Program-made: the position numbers and the translations under genes
Part shown: piece by piece, positions 1 to 10,638 of the stretch
Layout: every line of letters starts with the position of its first letter
How positions within the stretch are numbered: position 1 is the stretch's first letter
The notes under the pieces: generated by a model
What the model saw: the letters and a program-made list of their open reading frames with translations, nothing else
Told to the model about the DNA's origin: nothing
Database searches by the model: none
Source: Nitrospinaceae bacterium
Lineage (GTDB): Bacteria > Nitrospinota > Nitrospinia > Nitrospinales > Nitrospinaceae
Direction of reading: 5' to 3'
Assembly (NCBI GenBank): GCA_965237905.1
Contig: OZ250172.1
Location: 992,001 to 1,056,000 of the forward strand
Length of the DNA: 64,000 nt

Positions 1-1047
1 GAAATTATCCATTGGTGGCCTGTCTGCTTTACCTCCGGCCAATCGGCTTAACTGATAACCCTTTCCAGCAAAGTAAGTGCTGGCAGATTGAGTTACTCCA
101 TTAACAACTTCAACAAAATCCAATGGAGCTTCAAACTCTTCATCCGAGGTGCTGGAGTCTCTATCCGTATCGCCCTCGAAATCACCGTCATTAAACGTCA
201 GTCTGTCAGGGGCTATAGAACCCAGGTAATATCCGTTCCATGTCCAACTATGGTCCGAACCAGAGTCCGGCAATTCCCCGCCAGGGCCAGCATCCAGCCA
301 TACGTTATAGGCTCCGGGAATGGGCCTACCCAAAGGATCAAAAACATCAGGTATTACGCTGCCGACTCGCTGTCCTCTGGTTTCATAATAAACATCGGCA
401 AAATTGACGTTATCCCAGATCGTTACCCCATACCCACCTTCAGTTCCAGCAGGGTCTTGCGGCAGGCCCAGGTCGAATTGTCTTGTAGCTGCATCAATGG
501 TGTCAGTAAACTCTTGCTCAAAGTCATGGGGATCCATGAAAGTGGCATGATCCACCTGAATGTCGTAAAAGGCTAGACGCTCGATAACCTCACTGTTAAC
601 CGCGGCTCCGAAACTGTGGGCGATAAAATGCAGAGGAACTGTATTTCCTTTTTTACCGGTAGTAGGATCGATGATACCGAAGTTAACCAGTTGACTGAAC
701 AAGGCATCAGCCGCGGTCTCTGCAAAACCTGGTGCTGCCTCATTAGACGCGCCAGCCCAGTCCCAAAGCAGAATCAGCTCACCCTTGGACGGGTCAGCCA
801 GTGTGGGCAATGCTGAATCCTCAGGATCAAACCAAGCAATCCCATCGTCGCCATCAGGTATATCGAGATCAATCAACCAGCTTTGCCCCGGCAGGCCGTG
901 GATGGCCTGAGCTATCGGAAGAAGCGAGTCCCCATCCGAGCCGAGCACTTGAAAGCCATGGGTGACAATCGTGACTCCGCTGAATTCGATCTTCAGTGCT
1001 TTGAGTAAAGTGCTTATATTAGGAAGCATCCAATTGCTCAACTGAAT
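1..1047 (-). CDS. Open frame running off the left edge; alpha/beta-hydrolase (lipase-like) domain, probably the frameshifted continuation of the giant repeat protein
   Basis: Hand translation shows no stop from 1047 to 1 (possible ATG at 1029). Reads GVTIVTHGF...LHFIAHSFGAAV...TFMDPHDF...SDHSW. Absent from the ORF track. Confidence 0.75.
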   Translation of the reverse strand, partial: MQLSNWMLPNISTLLKALKIEFSGVTIVTHGFQVLGSDGDSLLPIAQAIHGLPGQSWLIDLDIPDGDDGIAWFDPEDSALPTLADPSKGELILLWDWAGASNEAAPGFAETAADALFSQLVNFGIIDPTTGKKGNTVPLHFIAHSFGAAVNSEVIERLAFYDIQVDHATFMDPHDFEQEFTDTIDAATRQFDLGLPQDPAGTEGGYGVTIWDNVNFADVYYETRGQRVGSVIPDVFDPLGRPIPGAYNVWLDAGPGGELPDSGSDHSWTWNGYYLGSIAPDRLTFNDGDFEGDTDRDSSTSDEEFEAPLDFVEVVNGVTQSASTYFAGKGYQLSRLAGGKADRPPMDNF

Positions 1048-4000
1048 CTACGTCGAACCATGAGGGTGCGCTAGCCGCAACCACGCTGGGAAGTTCACCG
1101 GTAATCAAGGTGTCTGTGCCAAAACCACCATTGACGGTTAAGTTATTTATATCAAAAGTCGGATCAATACTTTCAATGACGATGGTGTCGTCCCCGAAGC
1201 CAGCATTAATGACTAAATTGTGGGTAGCAAATGTGATCTCTTCGAAGCTTTTAGTATCACTTCCAATGGTCATCATTCCCGGAGTTTCATGATTCAAAAG
1301 GCGGATATGATCATCCTTAATAAGGAGTTTTCCTGAAAATGTTATCGTATCGGTTGGAGTACCCGAAAGCGTAATGGGTTCCATTCCGGTGAATGTCAAA
1401 AGCATACCGTCAAGAAGCATGGTTCCGGAATCTGGCCCTAAAGCGTCGTAAGCAACCTCGCTATAACTTCCACTAAAAATAATACTGTCAAACCCTCCGT
1501 CACCGCCTGCCACGACTCCGCTGAGACTGCCTGTAGCGGTGAACGTGAACGTATCCTCATTGTCGGCCGCGCCGGTCAGGTTTTCGATGCCGCTGAAGAA
1601 CGTCACTCCGGCCACGTTCCCGGAGTCGGCGCCATCGATCGTCCAGTCGGTATCGGCCGCGGGACCGGACAACGTGTCACTGCCTGCGCCGCCAACAACC
1701 GTTTCAGCCTCTTTGACAGTAAGATCGATAAACACACCGGAAATTGTGGCGCTGTAATCCAACACATCCGATCCGGCGTTACCGAAAATTGTGCCCGCAA
1801 TATCCGCTCCCTCACTAAACGTGAAGCTGTCGGCATCGGCACCGCCCTGCAGATTCTCAATGCCGGAGAAACTGGTGCCGCCCATCGTACCGGAGTTGAG
1901 GCCCGTGATGTTCCAGCTATTCGCCGTATCGGCACCGGCTAACGTGTCACTGCCACCGCCACCTGTTACTGAGTCCACCGCACTACCGGTACTGAACGTA
2001 AAACTGTCGGCACCTGCGCCGCCACCCAGATTCTCGATGCTGGAGAAACTCACGCCACCCACGGTACCTGTGCTCACTCCCGTGATGTTCCAGGCATTCG
2101 CACCATCGGCACCGGTTAAGGTATCGTTACCGCTGCCACCGATCACGTTGACGATATTGGCTACCGTACCGGTCACACCCGTTGCTGTATTCGTATTCAG
2201 ATCGACGTTGATGCCGGTGGTGTTCGCTGAATGATCGAGCCGGGAGGTGCCCGCGCCGGTGATCGATCCGGTGACCGCCGCGCCGTCCGCAAACACGTAA
2301 GTGTTGGTCGTATTTCCGCCGACGAGGTGTTCAACACCGGTAAATATTTCGCTGTTAAGGGTCCCGGCATCCAGCCCGGTGATATTCCAGATATTGTCGA
2401 TGTCCTCCGCCAGTAGGGTATCGATACCCAGGCCGCCGATAATACTGTCCACACCTGCTTCGCCGATCAGCGTGTCGTCACCCCCGCCGCCGGAAAGCGC
2501 GTCATTGCTGGCCCCACCAATCAGCAGGTTGGCCCCGCCATCACCGGTCAAGATGTCCGCACCTGCGCTACCGGTCACGTCCTCGAAGCCACCAATCCCG
2601 CCCGTGCCGCTTGCGGTTCCAACAGACAGATCCACCGAAACACCCGTCAGCCAAGCACTGTAATCCAGCGTATCACTACCGAGCCCGGCAGAAATCACGC
2701 CACCGATACCCGCACCTTCGGCAAATGCAAAAAGATCGCTCAACACGCCGCCTGTAAGGTTTTCAATTTCACTGAATGCGATGCCTGCAAGATCACCTGC
2801 ATTCGCTCCGGTAATGCTCCAGGTATTTGCGCTGTCGGAACCGATCAGCGTGTCACTGCCTACACCGCCACCCGCCACCGAATCCACCGAACTCAGAGCA
2901 GCGAACGTAAAACTGTCGGCACCCGTGCCGCCTGCGAGATTCTCGATGTTGGAGAAACTAGTGCTGCCAACCGTACCCGTATTGACACCCGTGATGCTCC
3001 AGGCATTGGCACTGTCGGCACCGGTCAAGGTGTCGTTACCCGCACCACCGATGACGCTCACGACATTGGCTACCGTACCCGTCACACCGGTTGCCGTATT
3101 CGTATTGAGATTGACACTGATGCCGGTGGTGTTTGCAGAATGATCGAGCACGTTGCTGCCGCCGGTGATGTTACCGGCAATCGATGCGCCGTCTTCAAAG
3201 GTGTAGGTATTGGTTCCGGTACCACCCACAATGTTCTCGGAACCGGCGATGTTGCTCACCGTATCAACGCCGTCAGAAACACTCAGTGTCCCGTCAGCTT
3301 GCACCGTGATATTTAAGTTGGAGGTGATGTTGGAGAAGTCGAGTGTATCCGTGCCGGCGCCCGTGTCGAGCAACACTGCACTCAACGCACCGACGATCGT
3401 ATCGTTACCCGCTCCGGTAACGACATCCTCAATATCAGAGATCGTACCCGCATAACTCGCCGTGCCGGCACTGAGATTAACCGTCACACCCGTCGTGTCT
3501 GAGGATAGATCAAGCGTGTCACTACCATCGCCACCGGTTACTGAATCCACTGAACTTAAAGCAGCGAACGTAAAACTGTCGGCTCCCGTGCCGCCTGCGA
3601 GATTCTCGATACCACTGAAACTGACTCCACTCACACTGCCCGCATTGACGCCCGTGATGTTCCACGCATTGGCACTGTCGGCACCGGTTAACGTGTCGGA
3701 GCCTGTGCCGCCAATCACGTTGACGATATTGGAAACCGTACCGGTCACGCCCGTTGCCGTATTCGTATTGAGGTTGACACTGATACCGGTGGTGTTGGCG
3801 GAATAATCGAGCACATTACTGCCACCGGTGATATTACCGGTGATGGAGGCGCCGTCTTCGAAGATATACGTATTCGTCCCCGTACCACCGACGATGTTCT
3901 CAGCACCGGCGATGTTGTTGACGGTATCCACACCATCGGTCACGCTGGTCGTACCATCAACATGCACCGTGATATTTAAATTGGAAGCAACATTCGAGAA

Positions 4001-6040
4001 GTCGAGCGTATCCGTGCCGGCACCCGTATCCAACAACACCGCGCTCAACGTACCGATGATGGTATCGTTACCCGCACCGGTCACCACATTTTCGATATCA
4101 GAGATCGTACCCGCATAACTGGCCGTGCCGGTACTGAGATCCACCGTCACACCCGTCGTGTCTGAGGACAGATCGAGGGTGTCACTGCCACCGCCACCCG
4201 CTACGGAGTCCACCGAACTCAGGGCGGCGAACGTAAAACTATCACTGTCTGTGCCGCCTGCGAGATTTTCGATACCACTGAAACTGACTCCACTCACACT
4301 GCCCGCATTGACGCCCGTGATGTTCCAGGTATTCGCTGTATCCGCACCCGTCAGGGTGTCGTTGCCCGTGCCGCCGATGACGTTCACCACGCTGGAAGCA
4401 CCACCCGTGCCCGTCGCGGTATTGGTATTTAGATTGATGGAGACATTCGTCGTGTAGGCTGAGTAGTTCAGAATGTTACTGCCGCCGGTGATGTTACCGG
4501 CGATCGATGCGCCATCTTCGAAGGTGTAGGTGTTCGTACCGGTACCGCCGACGATGTTCTCGGCACCGGCGATGTTATTAACCGAATCCACGCCATCGGT
4601 CACGCTCAGCGTCCCACCCGCATGCACTGTGATATTTAAATTGGAAGCAACATTCGAGAAGTCGAGCGTATCCGTGCCGGCGCCCGTGTCGAGCAACACT
4701 GCACTCAACGCACCGACGATCGTATCGTTACCCGCACCGGTGACAACATCCTCGATACCCGAGATCGCACCGGCATAACTCGCCGTGCCGAGACTCAGAT
4801 CCACCGTCACACCGGCCGTGTCGGAGGACAGATCGAGGGTATCCGATCCGGCATTGCCCGCTACGGAATCCACCGAACTCAGGGCGGCGAACGTGAAACT
4901 GTCGGCATCGATACCACCCGCGAGATTCTCGATACCACTGAAACTGACTCCACTCACACTGCCCGCATTGACGCCCGTGATGTTCCAGGTATTCGCTGTA
5001 TCCGCACCCGTCAGGGTGTCGTTGCCCGCGCCGCCGATGACGTTGACGATATTGGACACCGTACCCGTTACGCCGGTTGTTGTATTCGTATTGAGATTGA
5101 CACTGATGCCGGTGGTGTTTGCAGAATGATCGAGCACATTACTGCCGCCCGTGATCGACCCATTCAGAACCGCACCGTCTTCAAAGGTATAGGTATTGGT
5201 ACCGGTACCGCCGACCACGTTCTCGGCACCGGCGATGTTACTCACCGTATCGACACCATCGGTCACGCTGGTCGTACCATCCGCAGGCACTGTGATATTT
5301 AAATTGGAGAGAACGTTCGAGAAGTCGAGCGTATCCGTGCCGGCGCCCGTGTCGAGCAACACTGCACTCAACGCACCGACGATCGTATCGTTACCCGCAC
5401 CGGTGACAACATCCTCGATACCCGAGATCGCACCGGCATAACTCGCCGTGCCGAGACTCAGATCCACCGTCACACCCGATGTGTCGGAAGACAAATCGAG
5501 GGTATCCGATCCGGCATTGCCCGCTACGGAATCCACCGAACTCAGGGCGGCGAACGTGAAACTGTCGGCGCCCGTGCCGCCGGCGAGATTCTCGATACCA
5601 GAGAAACTGGTGCTGCCCACCGTACCCGCATTGACACCCGTGATGCTCCAGGCATTCGCCGCATCGGCACCCGTCAACGTGTCATTGCCACTGCCGCCGA
5701 TCACGTTGACAACGCCAGAAGCACCGGAAGTTCCGGAAGTTCCGGTGGCTGCGCCAGTTTGCAGGTCCACATTCACCGCAGTGGTGTAGGCCGAGTAATC
5801 AAGTACATTACTGCCACCGGTGATGGTACCGGCGATCGATGCGCCATCTTCGAAGGTATACGTGTTCGTGCCTGTACCGCCGACGATGTTCTCGGCGCCG
5901 GCGATGTTATTAACCGAATCGACGCCATCGGTCACGCTGGTTGTACCGTCAGCGTGTACCGTAATATTTAAATTGGAGGTGACATTCGAGAAGTCCAGCG
6001 TATCCGTGCCGGCACCCGTGTCGAGTAGAACCGCACTCAA
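1019..6040 (-). CDS. Giant RTX-like/Ca-binding repeat surface protein, middle fragment (TTG start is probably an artefact of the upstream frameshift)
   Basis: 1673 aa of GGxGxDxL, LDYS, VTVDL and FSGIENL repeats continuing the same unit as 6037..10476. Confidence 0.8.
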   Translation of the reverse strand: MSAVLLDTGAGTDTLDFSNVTSNLNITVHADGTTSVTDGVDSVNNIAGAENIVGGTGTNTYTFEDGASIAGTITGGSNVLDYSAYTTAVNVDLQTGAATGTSGTSGASGVVNVIGGSGNDTLTGADAANAWSITGVNAGTVGSTSFSGIENLAGGTGADSFTFAALSSVDSVAGNAGSDTLDLSSDTSGVTVDLSLGTASYAGAISGIEDVVTGAGNDTIVGALSAVLLDTGAGTDTLDFSNVLSNLNITVPADGTTSVTDGVDTVSNIAGAENVVGGTGTNTYTFEDGAVLNGSITGGSNVLDHSANTTGISVNLNTNTTTGVTGTVSNIVNVIGGAGNDTLTGADTANTWNITGVNAGSVSGVSFSGIENLAGGIDADSFTFAALSSVDSVAGNAGSDTLDLSSDTAGVTVDLSLGTASYAGAISGIEDVVTGAGNDTIVGALSAVLLDTGAGTDTLDFSNVASNLNITVHAGGTLSVTDGVDSVNNIAGAENIVGGTGTNTYTFEDGASIAGNITGGSNILNYSAYTTNVSINLNTNTATGTGGASSVVNVIGGTGNDTLTGADTANTWNITGVNAGSVSGVSFSGIENLAGGTDSDSFTFAALSSVDSVAGGGGSDTLDLSSDTTGVTVDLSTGTASYAGTISDIENVVTGAGNDTIIGTLSAVLLDTGAGTDTLDFSNVASNLNITVHVDGTTSVTDGVDTVNNIAGAENIVGGTGTNTYIFEDGASITGNITGGSNVLDYSANTTGISVNLNTNTATGVTGTVSNIVNVIGGTGSDTLTGADSANAWNITGVNAGSVSGVSFSGIENLAGGTGADSFTFAALSSVDSVTGGDGSDTLDLSSDTTGVTVNLSAGTASYAGTISDIEDVVTGAGNDTIVGALSAVLLDTGAGTDTLDFSNITSNLNITVQADGTLSVSDGVDTVSNIAGSENIVGGTGTNTYTFEDGASIAGNITGGSNVLDHSANTTGISVNLNTNTATGVTGTVANVVSVIGGAGNDTLTGADSANAWSITGVNTGTVGSTSFSNIENLAGGTGADSFTFAALSSVDSVAGGGVGSDTLIGSDSANTWSITGANAGDLAGIAFSEIENLTGGVLSDLFAFAEGAGIGGVISAGLGSDTLDYSAWLTGVSVDLSVGTASGTGGIGGFEDVTGSAGADILTGDGGANLLIGGASNDALSGGGGDDTLIGEAGVDSIIGGLGIDTLLAEDIDNIWNITGLDAGTLNSEIFTGVEHLVGGNTTNTYVFADGAAVTGSITGAGTSRLDHSANTTGINVDLNTNTATGVTGTVANIVNVIGGSGNDTLTGADGANAWNITGVSTGTVGGVSFSSIENLGGGAGADSFTFSTGSAVDSVTGGGGSDTLAGADTANSWNITGLNSGTMGGTSFSGIENLQGGADADSFTFSEGADIAGTIFGNAGSDVLDYSATISGVFIDLTVKEAETVVGGAGSDTLSGPAADTDWTIDGADSGNVAGVTFFSGIENLTGAADNEDTFTFTATGSLSGVVAGGDGGFDSIIFSGSYSEVAYDALGPDSGTMLLDGMLLTFTGMEPITLSGTPTDTITFSGKLLIKDDHIRLLNHETPGMMTIGSDTKSFEEITFATHNLVINAGFGDDTIVIESIDPTFDINNLTVNGGFGTDTLITGELPSVVAASAPSWFDVDSVEQLDAS

Positions 6041-8060
6041 CGCTCCGATGATCGTGTCGTTACCGGAGAACCGGTGACGACATCCTCGATATCAGAGATC
6101 GCACCGGCATAACTCGCCGTGCCGGTACTGAGATCAACCGTCACACCCGTTGTATCAGAGGACAGGTTAAGCGTATCCGATCCGGCATTGCCCGCTACGG
6201 AATCCACCGAACTTAAAGCAGCGAACGTAAAGCTGTCGGCGCCGGTGCCGCCTGCGAGATTCTCGACACCACTGAAACTTGTGCCGCCCACGCTACCGGA
6301 GTTCAGTCCCGTAACGTTCCAGGTGTTCGCACTGTCGGCACCCGTCAACGTGTCGTTGCCTGCACCACCGATCACGTTGACGATATTGGACACCGTACCC
6401 GTTACGCCGGTTGTTGTATTCGTATTGAGATTGACACTGATGCCGGTGGTGTTCTGGGAATGATCCAGCACATTACTGCCACCGGTGATGTTACCGGCAA
6501 GCGATGCCCCATTCTCGAAGGTGTAGGTGTTGGTGCCTGTACCGCCGACCACGTTCTCGGCGCCGGCGATGTTATTAACCGAATCGACGCCATCGGTCAC
6601 GCTGGTCGTACTATCAGAATGAACCGTGATATCTAAATTGGAAGCAACATTCGAGAAGTCGAGCGTATCCGTGCCGGCACCCGTATCCAACAACACCGCG
6701 CTCAACGCACCGATGATGGTATCGTTACCCGCACCGGTGACTACATTCTCGATATCAGAAATCGTGCCCGCATAACTGGCCGTACCGGCACTGAGATCAA
6801 CCGTCACACCCGTCGTGTCTGAGGATAGATCAAGCGTGTCACTACCATCGCCACCGGTTACTGAATCCACCGAACTTAAAGCGGCGAACGTAAAACTGTC
6901 GGCACCCGTGCCACCCGCAAGATTCTCGATACCAGAGAAACTGGTGCTGCCCACCGTACCCGTATTGACACCCGTGATGCTCCAGGCATTGGCATTGTCC
7001 GCACCCGTCAAGGTGTCGTTACCTGTGCCGCCGATTACGTTCACCACGCTGGAAGCGCCACCCGTGCCCATCGCGGTATTGGTATTTAGATTGATGGAGA
7101 CATTCGTCGTGTAGGCTGAGTAGTTCAGAATGTTACTGCCGCCGGTGATGTTACCGGCGATCGATGCGCCATCTTCGAAGGTATACGTGTTCGTGCCTGT
7201 ACCGCCGATGATGTTCTCGGCACCGGCGATGTTGTTGACGGTATCCACACCATCGGTCACGCTGGTCGTACCATCAACATGCACCGTGATATTTAAATTG
7301 GAAGCAACATTCGAGAAGTCGAGGGTATCCGTGCCGGCACCCGTATCGAGCAGAACCGCACTCAACGCTCCGATGATCGTATCGTTACCCGCACCGGTAA
7401 CAACATCCTCGATACCCGAGATCGCACCGGCATAACTGGCCGTGCCGAGACTCAGATCCACCGTCACACCCGATGTGTCGGAAGACAAATCGAGGGTATC
7501 CGATCCGGCATTGCCCGCTACGGAATCCACCGAACTCAGGGCGGCGAACGTGAAACTGTCGGCGCCCGTGCCGCCTGCGAGATTTTCGACACCACTGAAA
7601 CTGGTGCCGCCCACACTGCCAGTGTTTGTTCCCGTGACGTTCCAGGTGTTCGCACTGTCGGCACCGGTTAACGTGTCGGAGCCTGCACCACCGATCACGT
7701 TCACCACGCTGGAAGCGCCACCCGTGCCCGTCGCGGTATTGGTATTTAGATTGATGGAGACATTCGTCGTGTACGCCGCGTAGCTCAGAACATTACTGCC
7801 GCCGGTAATGGTACCGGTGATGGACGCGCCATCTTCGAAGGTATAGGTATTGGTAGCGGTACCGCCGATGATGTTCTCGGCTCCGGCAATGTTATTAACC
7901 GAATCAACGCCATCGGTCACGCTCAGCGTCCCGGCGGCATGCACCGTGATATTTAAATTGGAGAGAACGTTCGAGAAGTCGAGCGTATCCGTGCCGGCAC
8001 CCGTGTCGAGCAGAACCGCGCTTAACGCACCGATGATCGTGTCGTTCCCGGCGGAACTGA
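2870..8060 (-). repeat. ~8 tandem intragenic repeats of 660-669 bp (~220 aa)
   Basis: Marker GTRATATYTAARTTGG (NLNITV) starts at 3306, 3969, 4629, 5292, 5961, 6626, 7286, 7946. Confidence 0.9.
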
Positions 8061-10476
8061 TCACATTCTCAATGCTGCTGATGCCACCGGTGCCGGTTGC
8101 GGTACCATTGGAAAGATCGATGGTGACACCGGCAGAGGTTTCACTGTAGTCGAGGGTGTCTGATCCTGCGCCGCCGGTGAGCGTGCCACTGATGGAACCC
8201 AGCGCTTCGAGGATGAAGTCGTCGGCATCACTGCCGCCCTCGATGTTCTCAATCCCGCTGAAGTCGCGGTCGTTCAGTTTGCCGCTGTTACTGCCCTTGA
8301 TGCGCCAGGTATTCTGTTGGTTGGCTCCCCGTACCCGGTCCAGTCCCGGACCGCCGGTAAAATGTCCCGAGATGAAGCCCGCGACCGCGAACAGAAACTC
8401 GTCTTCGTTCGTTCCCCCCACCAGACTTTCGATATCGTAAAACGGCAGAGCGTTCAATGTACCGCTGTCACCCGCGTCCACCGTCCACGTATTGAGTCCG
8501 TCCGCGCCAAACAGCTCATCGAACCCAAGACCGCCTGACAATGTTCCGGTCAAACCGCCGCCTACTTGCACCACAAACGTGTCGGCAACCGAACCGCCTT
8601 CCAGATTCTCAATGTCGCTAAAATCCGTGCTGCCCACCGAACCCGTATCGAGACCGGAGAGTGTCCATACATTCGAGGCATCCAAACCGCGCAGGGTGTC
8701 CGCACCCGAGCTGCCCGTCACCTTGTTGATACCGGTGAAGTTGCTCAGTCCCGTGGCTGAGCCGGTTTCCAGGTTGACCGCAACCCCCGCCACCTGCGAC
8801 GAGTAATCCAGGGTATTGATGCCGCCCGCGCCGTCGATGGTGCCGCTGATACTGCCGCCATTCAGGAAGCGGAACAGGTCATCTCCGGCACCGCCGGTGA
8901 GGTTTTCGATATCCACAAACACCAGCGTGTTCAGCGTTCCCTGATCGGCTCCGGTAATCTCCCACACATTGTCGCTGTCGGAGGCGATCAGCGTGTCATT
9001 GCCCGCACCGCCCGAGATCGATCCGGTCAATCCACCGGTCAGAGTCAGCTGGAAGGTGTCATCGAGGGCACCGCCTTCAAGGTGTTCCATTCCGGTGAAC
9101 GTCGTACCGCTCACATTACCGGCACCTGATCCGTCAATGATCCACGTGTTCGTGCTGTCCGCACCTGTCAGGGTATCCGTACCCAGACCACCGGTAACAC
9201 TCTCAATGCCACTAAATCCAGCCGTATCCGAGGCCGCAGCCGTTCCCAGGTTGACGTTCACACCCGTCGTTCTTGTGCTGTAGTCTAATGTGTCTGTGCC
9301 ACCGCCGCCGGTTACCGTACCAATCGACGCACCATCGGCTAACGCGAAGGTGTCATCAAGCGCACCGCCTTCCAGATTTTCCAAACCACTGAAAGAAACG
9401 CCACCGACCACACCGGTATGGGTTCCGGTGAGATTCCATATGTTCGCGTCATCCGCACCCGTCAGGGTATCCGTACCCAGTCCACCGGTAATACTTTCAA
9501 TATCCGCAAAGCCGCCGGTATCCGAAGCTGTAGCCGTTCCCAGGTTGACGTTCACGCCGGTCGTGCGCGTAGCGTAATCCAGTTCATCGGCCCCGCCGCC
9601 GCCGGTGACCGTACCGGTAATCCCCGCGCCATCGTCAAAACTGAAGATGTCCGCCGAGTTCCCCCCGATCAGGTTCTCCACTTCACTGAACGCGACGCCA
9701 TCGACATTCCCCTGATTGCCGGCTGAGATCCGCCAGGCGTTGGCCTTATCCGCACCCCGTACCGTGTCACTGCCCAAACCACCTGCCAGAGAATCCGTGC
9801 CACTGCCGCCGAACAACACATCGTGGCCTCCGCCACCGATGAGGACATCATCTCCCGAACCACCGATCAGTGTGTCATGGCCCCCGGCTCCCTCAAGCCT
9901 CACATTACCGCTGAACCCTGACGCATCCAGGATGTTATCCCCTGCACCACCGGTCAGACGCGCCGCATCGAATCCCGATACCGTATAACCCAGACCGTTC
10001 ACCGTCAGCTGGGTACTCGTCAGGTTCATATCGCTGTCCGATAACACCGACAGCGTATCCGTGCCCAATCCCGTAAAGTTGATGTTTTTGCCACCCAGCA
10101 GTGTCGCCCAATCCAGGCCCAGCGTGTCGTCTCCGGCACTGCCGTCGATATCAATCACACCATCGCCGCCATCGACGGTACCGGCCGTGATCTGACTGAC
10201 CACATTGCTGAGGTCGTCGATCAGTTGGTATTCGCTGGCAAGGGAATCATATTGCAGGGTGAGATCGGTCGCGGCGCCGAACGATAAATCCGCCGCCAAC
10301 AGAACGCGCGGTTCCAGAGTTTCCAATACATGTTGGTTGGCGGGAGGCTTGCGATAACCGCCGGTGGTCCCCTTGGAGGAACGGCGGATAAAAGGAAGTT
10401 TGCTTAAAAAAGAAGGAACGTAGCCTTCAGCGGCAGGTGGTGTGCGGGTGTCAAATTGCGCGAACGGATAGGCCAC
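6037..10476 (-). CDS. LEPR-XLL domain giant adhesin-like protein, N-terminal fragment
   Basis: N-terminal LETLEPRVLLAAD motif, RTX nonapeptides (GGSGDDVLIGGGGHDVLFGGSGTDSL), aberrant C-terminus SPVTTRSSER at a 2-bp insertion. Confidence 0.85.
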   Translation of the reverse strand: MAYPFAQFDTRTPPAAEGYVPSFLSKLPFIRRSSKGTTGGYRKPPANQHVLETLEPRVLLAADLSFGAATDLTLQYDSLASEYQLIDDLSNVVSQITAGTVDGGDGVIDIDGSAGDDTLGLDWATLLGGKNINFTGLGTDTLSVLSDSDMNLTSTQLTVNGLGYTVSGFDAARLTGGAGDNILDASGFSGNVRLEGAGGHDTLIGGSGDDVLIGGGGHDVLFGGSGTDSLAGGLGSDTVRGADKANAWRISAGNQGNVDGVAFSEVENLIGGNSADIFSFDDGAGITGTVTGGGGADELDYATRTTGVNVNLGTATASDTGGFADIESITGGLGTDTLTGADDANIWNLTGTHTGVVGGVSFSGLENLEGGALDDTFALADGASIGTVTGGGGTDTLDYSTRTTGVNVNLGTAAASDTAGFSGIESVTGGLGTDTLTGADSTNTWIIDGSGAGNVSGTTFTGMEHLEGGALDDTFQLTLTGGLTGSISGGAGNDTLIASDSDNVWEITGADQGTLNTLVFVDIENLTGGAGDDLFRFLNGGSISGTIDGAGGINTLDYSSQVAGVAVNLETGSATGLSNFTGINKVTGSSGADTLRGLDASNVWTLSGLDTGSVGSTDFSDIENLEGGSVADTFVVQVGGGLTGTLSGGLGFDELFGADGLNTWTVDAGDSGTLNALPFYDIESLVGGTNEDEFLFAVAGFISGHFTGGPGLDRVRGANQQNTWRIKGSNSGKLNDRDFSGIENIEGGSDADDFILEALGSISGTLTGGAGSDTLDYSETSAGVTIDLSNGTATGTGGISSIENVISSAGNDTIIGALSAVLLDTGAGTDTLDFSNVLSNLNITVHAAGTLSVTDGVDSVNNIAGAENIIGGTATNTYTFEDGASITGTITGGSNVLSYAAYTTNVSINLNTNTATGTGGASSVVNVIGGAGSDTLTGADSANTWNVTGTNTGSVGGTSFSGVENLAGGTGADSFTFAALSSVDSVAGNAGSDTLDLSSDTSGVTVDLSLGTASYAGAISGIEDVVTGAGNDTIIGALSAVLLDTGAGTDTLDFSNVASNLNITVHVDGTTSVTDGVDTVNNIAGAENIIGGTGTNTYTFEDGASIAGNITGGSNILNYSAYTTNVSINLNTNTAMGTGGASSVVNVIGGTGNDTLTGADNANAWSITGVNTGTVGSTSFSGIENLAGGTGADSFTFAALSSVDSVTGGDGSDTLDLSSDTTGVTVDLSAGTASYAGTISDIENVVTGAGNDTIIGALSAVLLDTGAGTDTLDFSNVASNLDITVHSDSTTSVTDGVDSVNNIAGAENVVGGTGTNTYTFENGASLAGNITGGSNVLDHSQNTTGISVNLNTNTTTGVTGTVSNIVNVIGGAGNDTLTGADSANTWNVTGLNSGSVGGTSFSGVENLAGGTGADSFTFAALSSVDSVAGNAGSDTLNLSSDTTGVTVDLSTGTASYAGAISDIEDVVTGSPVTTRSSER

Positions 10477-10638
10477 TTATTTCCCCCATGGATACAAGAT
10501 AGTTTTACAGCCTTTACTGTCTTGGCAACCGTAAAGAAAAAAATTTCAAATCATATTGGAGAAGTCATAATTATCGAGAATTAGTAATGATGAAAGTGAA
10601 TTTAGGCGTACGCACAAACTTTGTCAATATTTTAGGTA

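Noticed and set aside
88..816. + strand ORFs 88..576 and 616..816
   Set aside because: Antisense to the uninterrupted minus-strand hydrolase-like frame
2870..8060. Repeats as CRISPR or DGR template/variable repeats
   Set aside because: Long in-frame coding repeats with no spacers, no cas or reverse transcriptase gene, and no evident adenine-specific variation
1110..9988. Dozens of + strand ORFs (PVPPARFS..., VSLPAP...)
   Set aside because: Antisense shadows of the repetitive minus-strand gene; they recur with the same period
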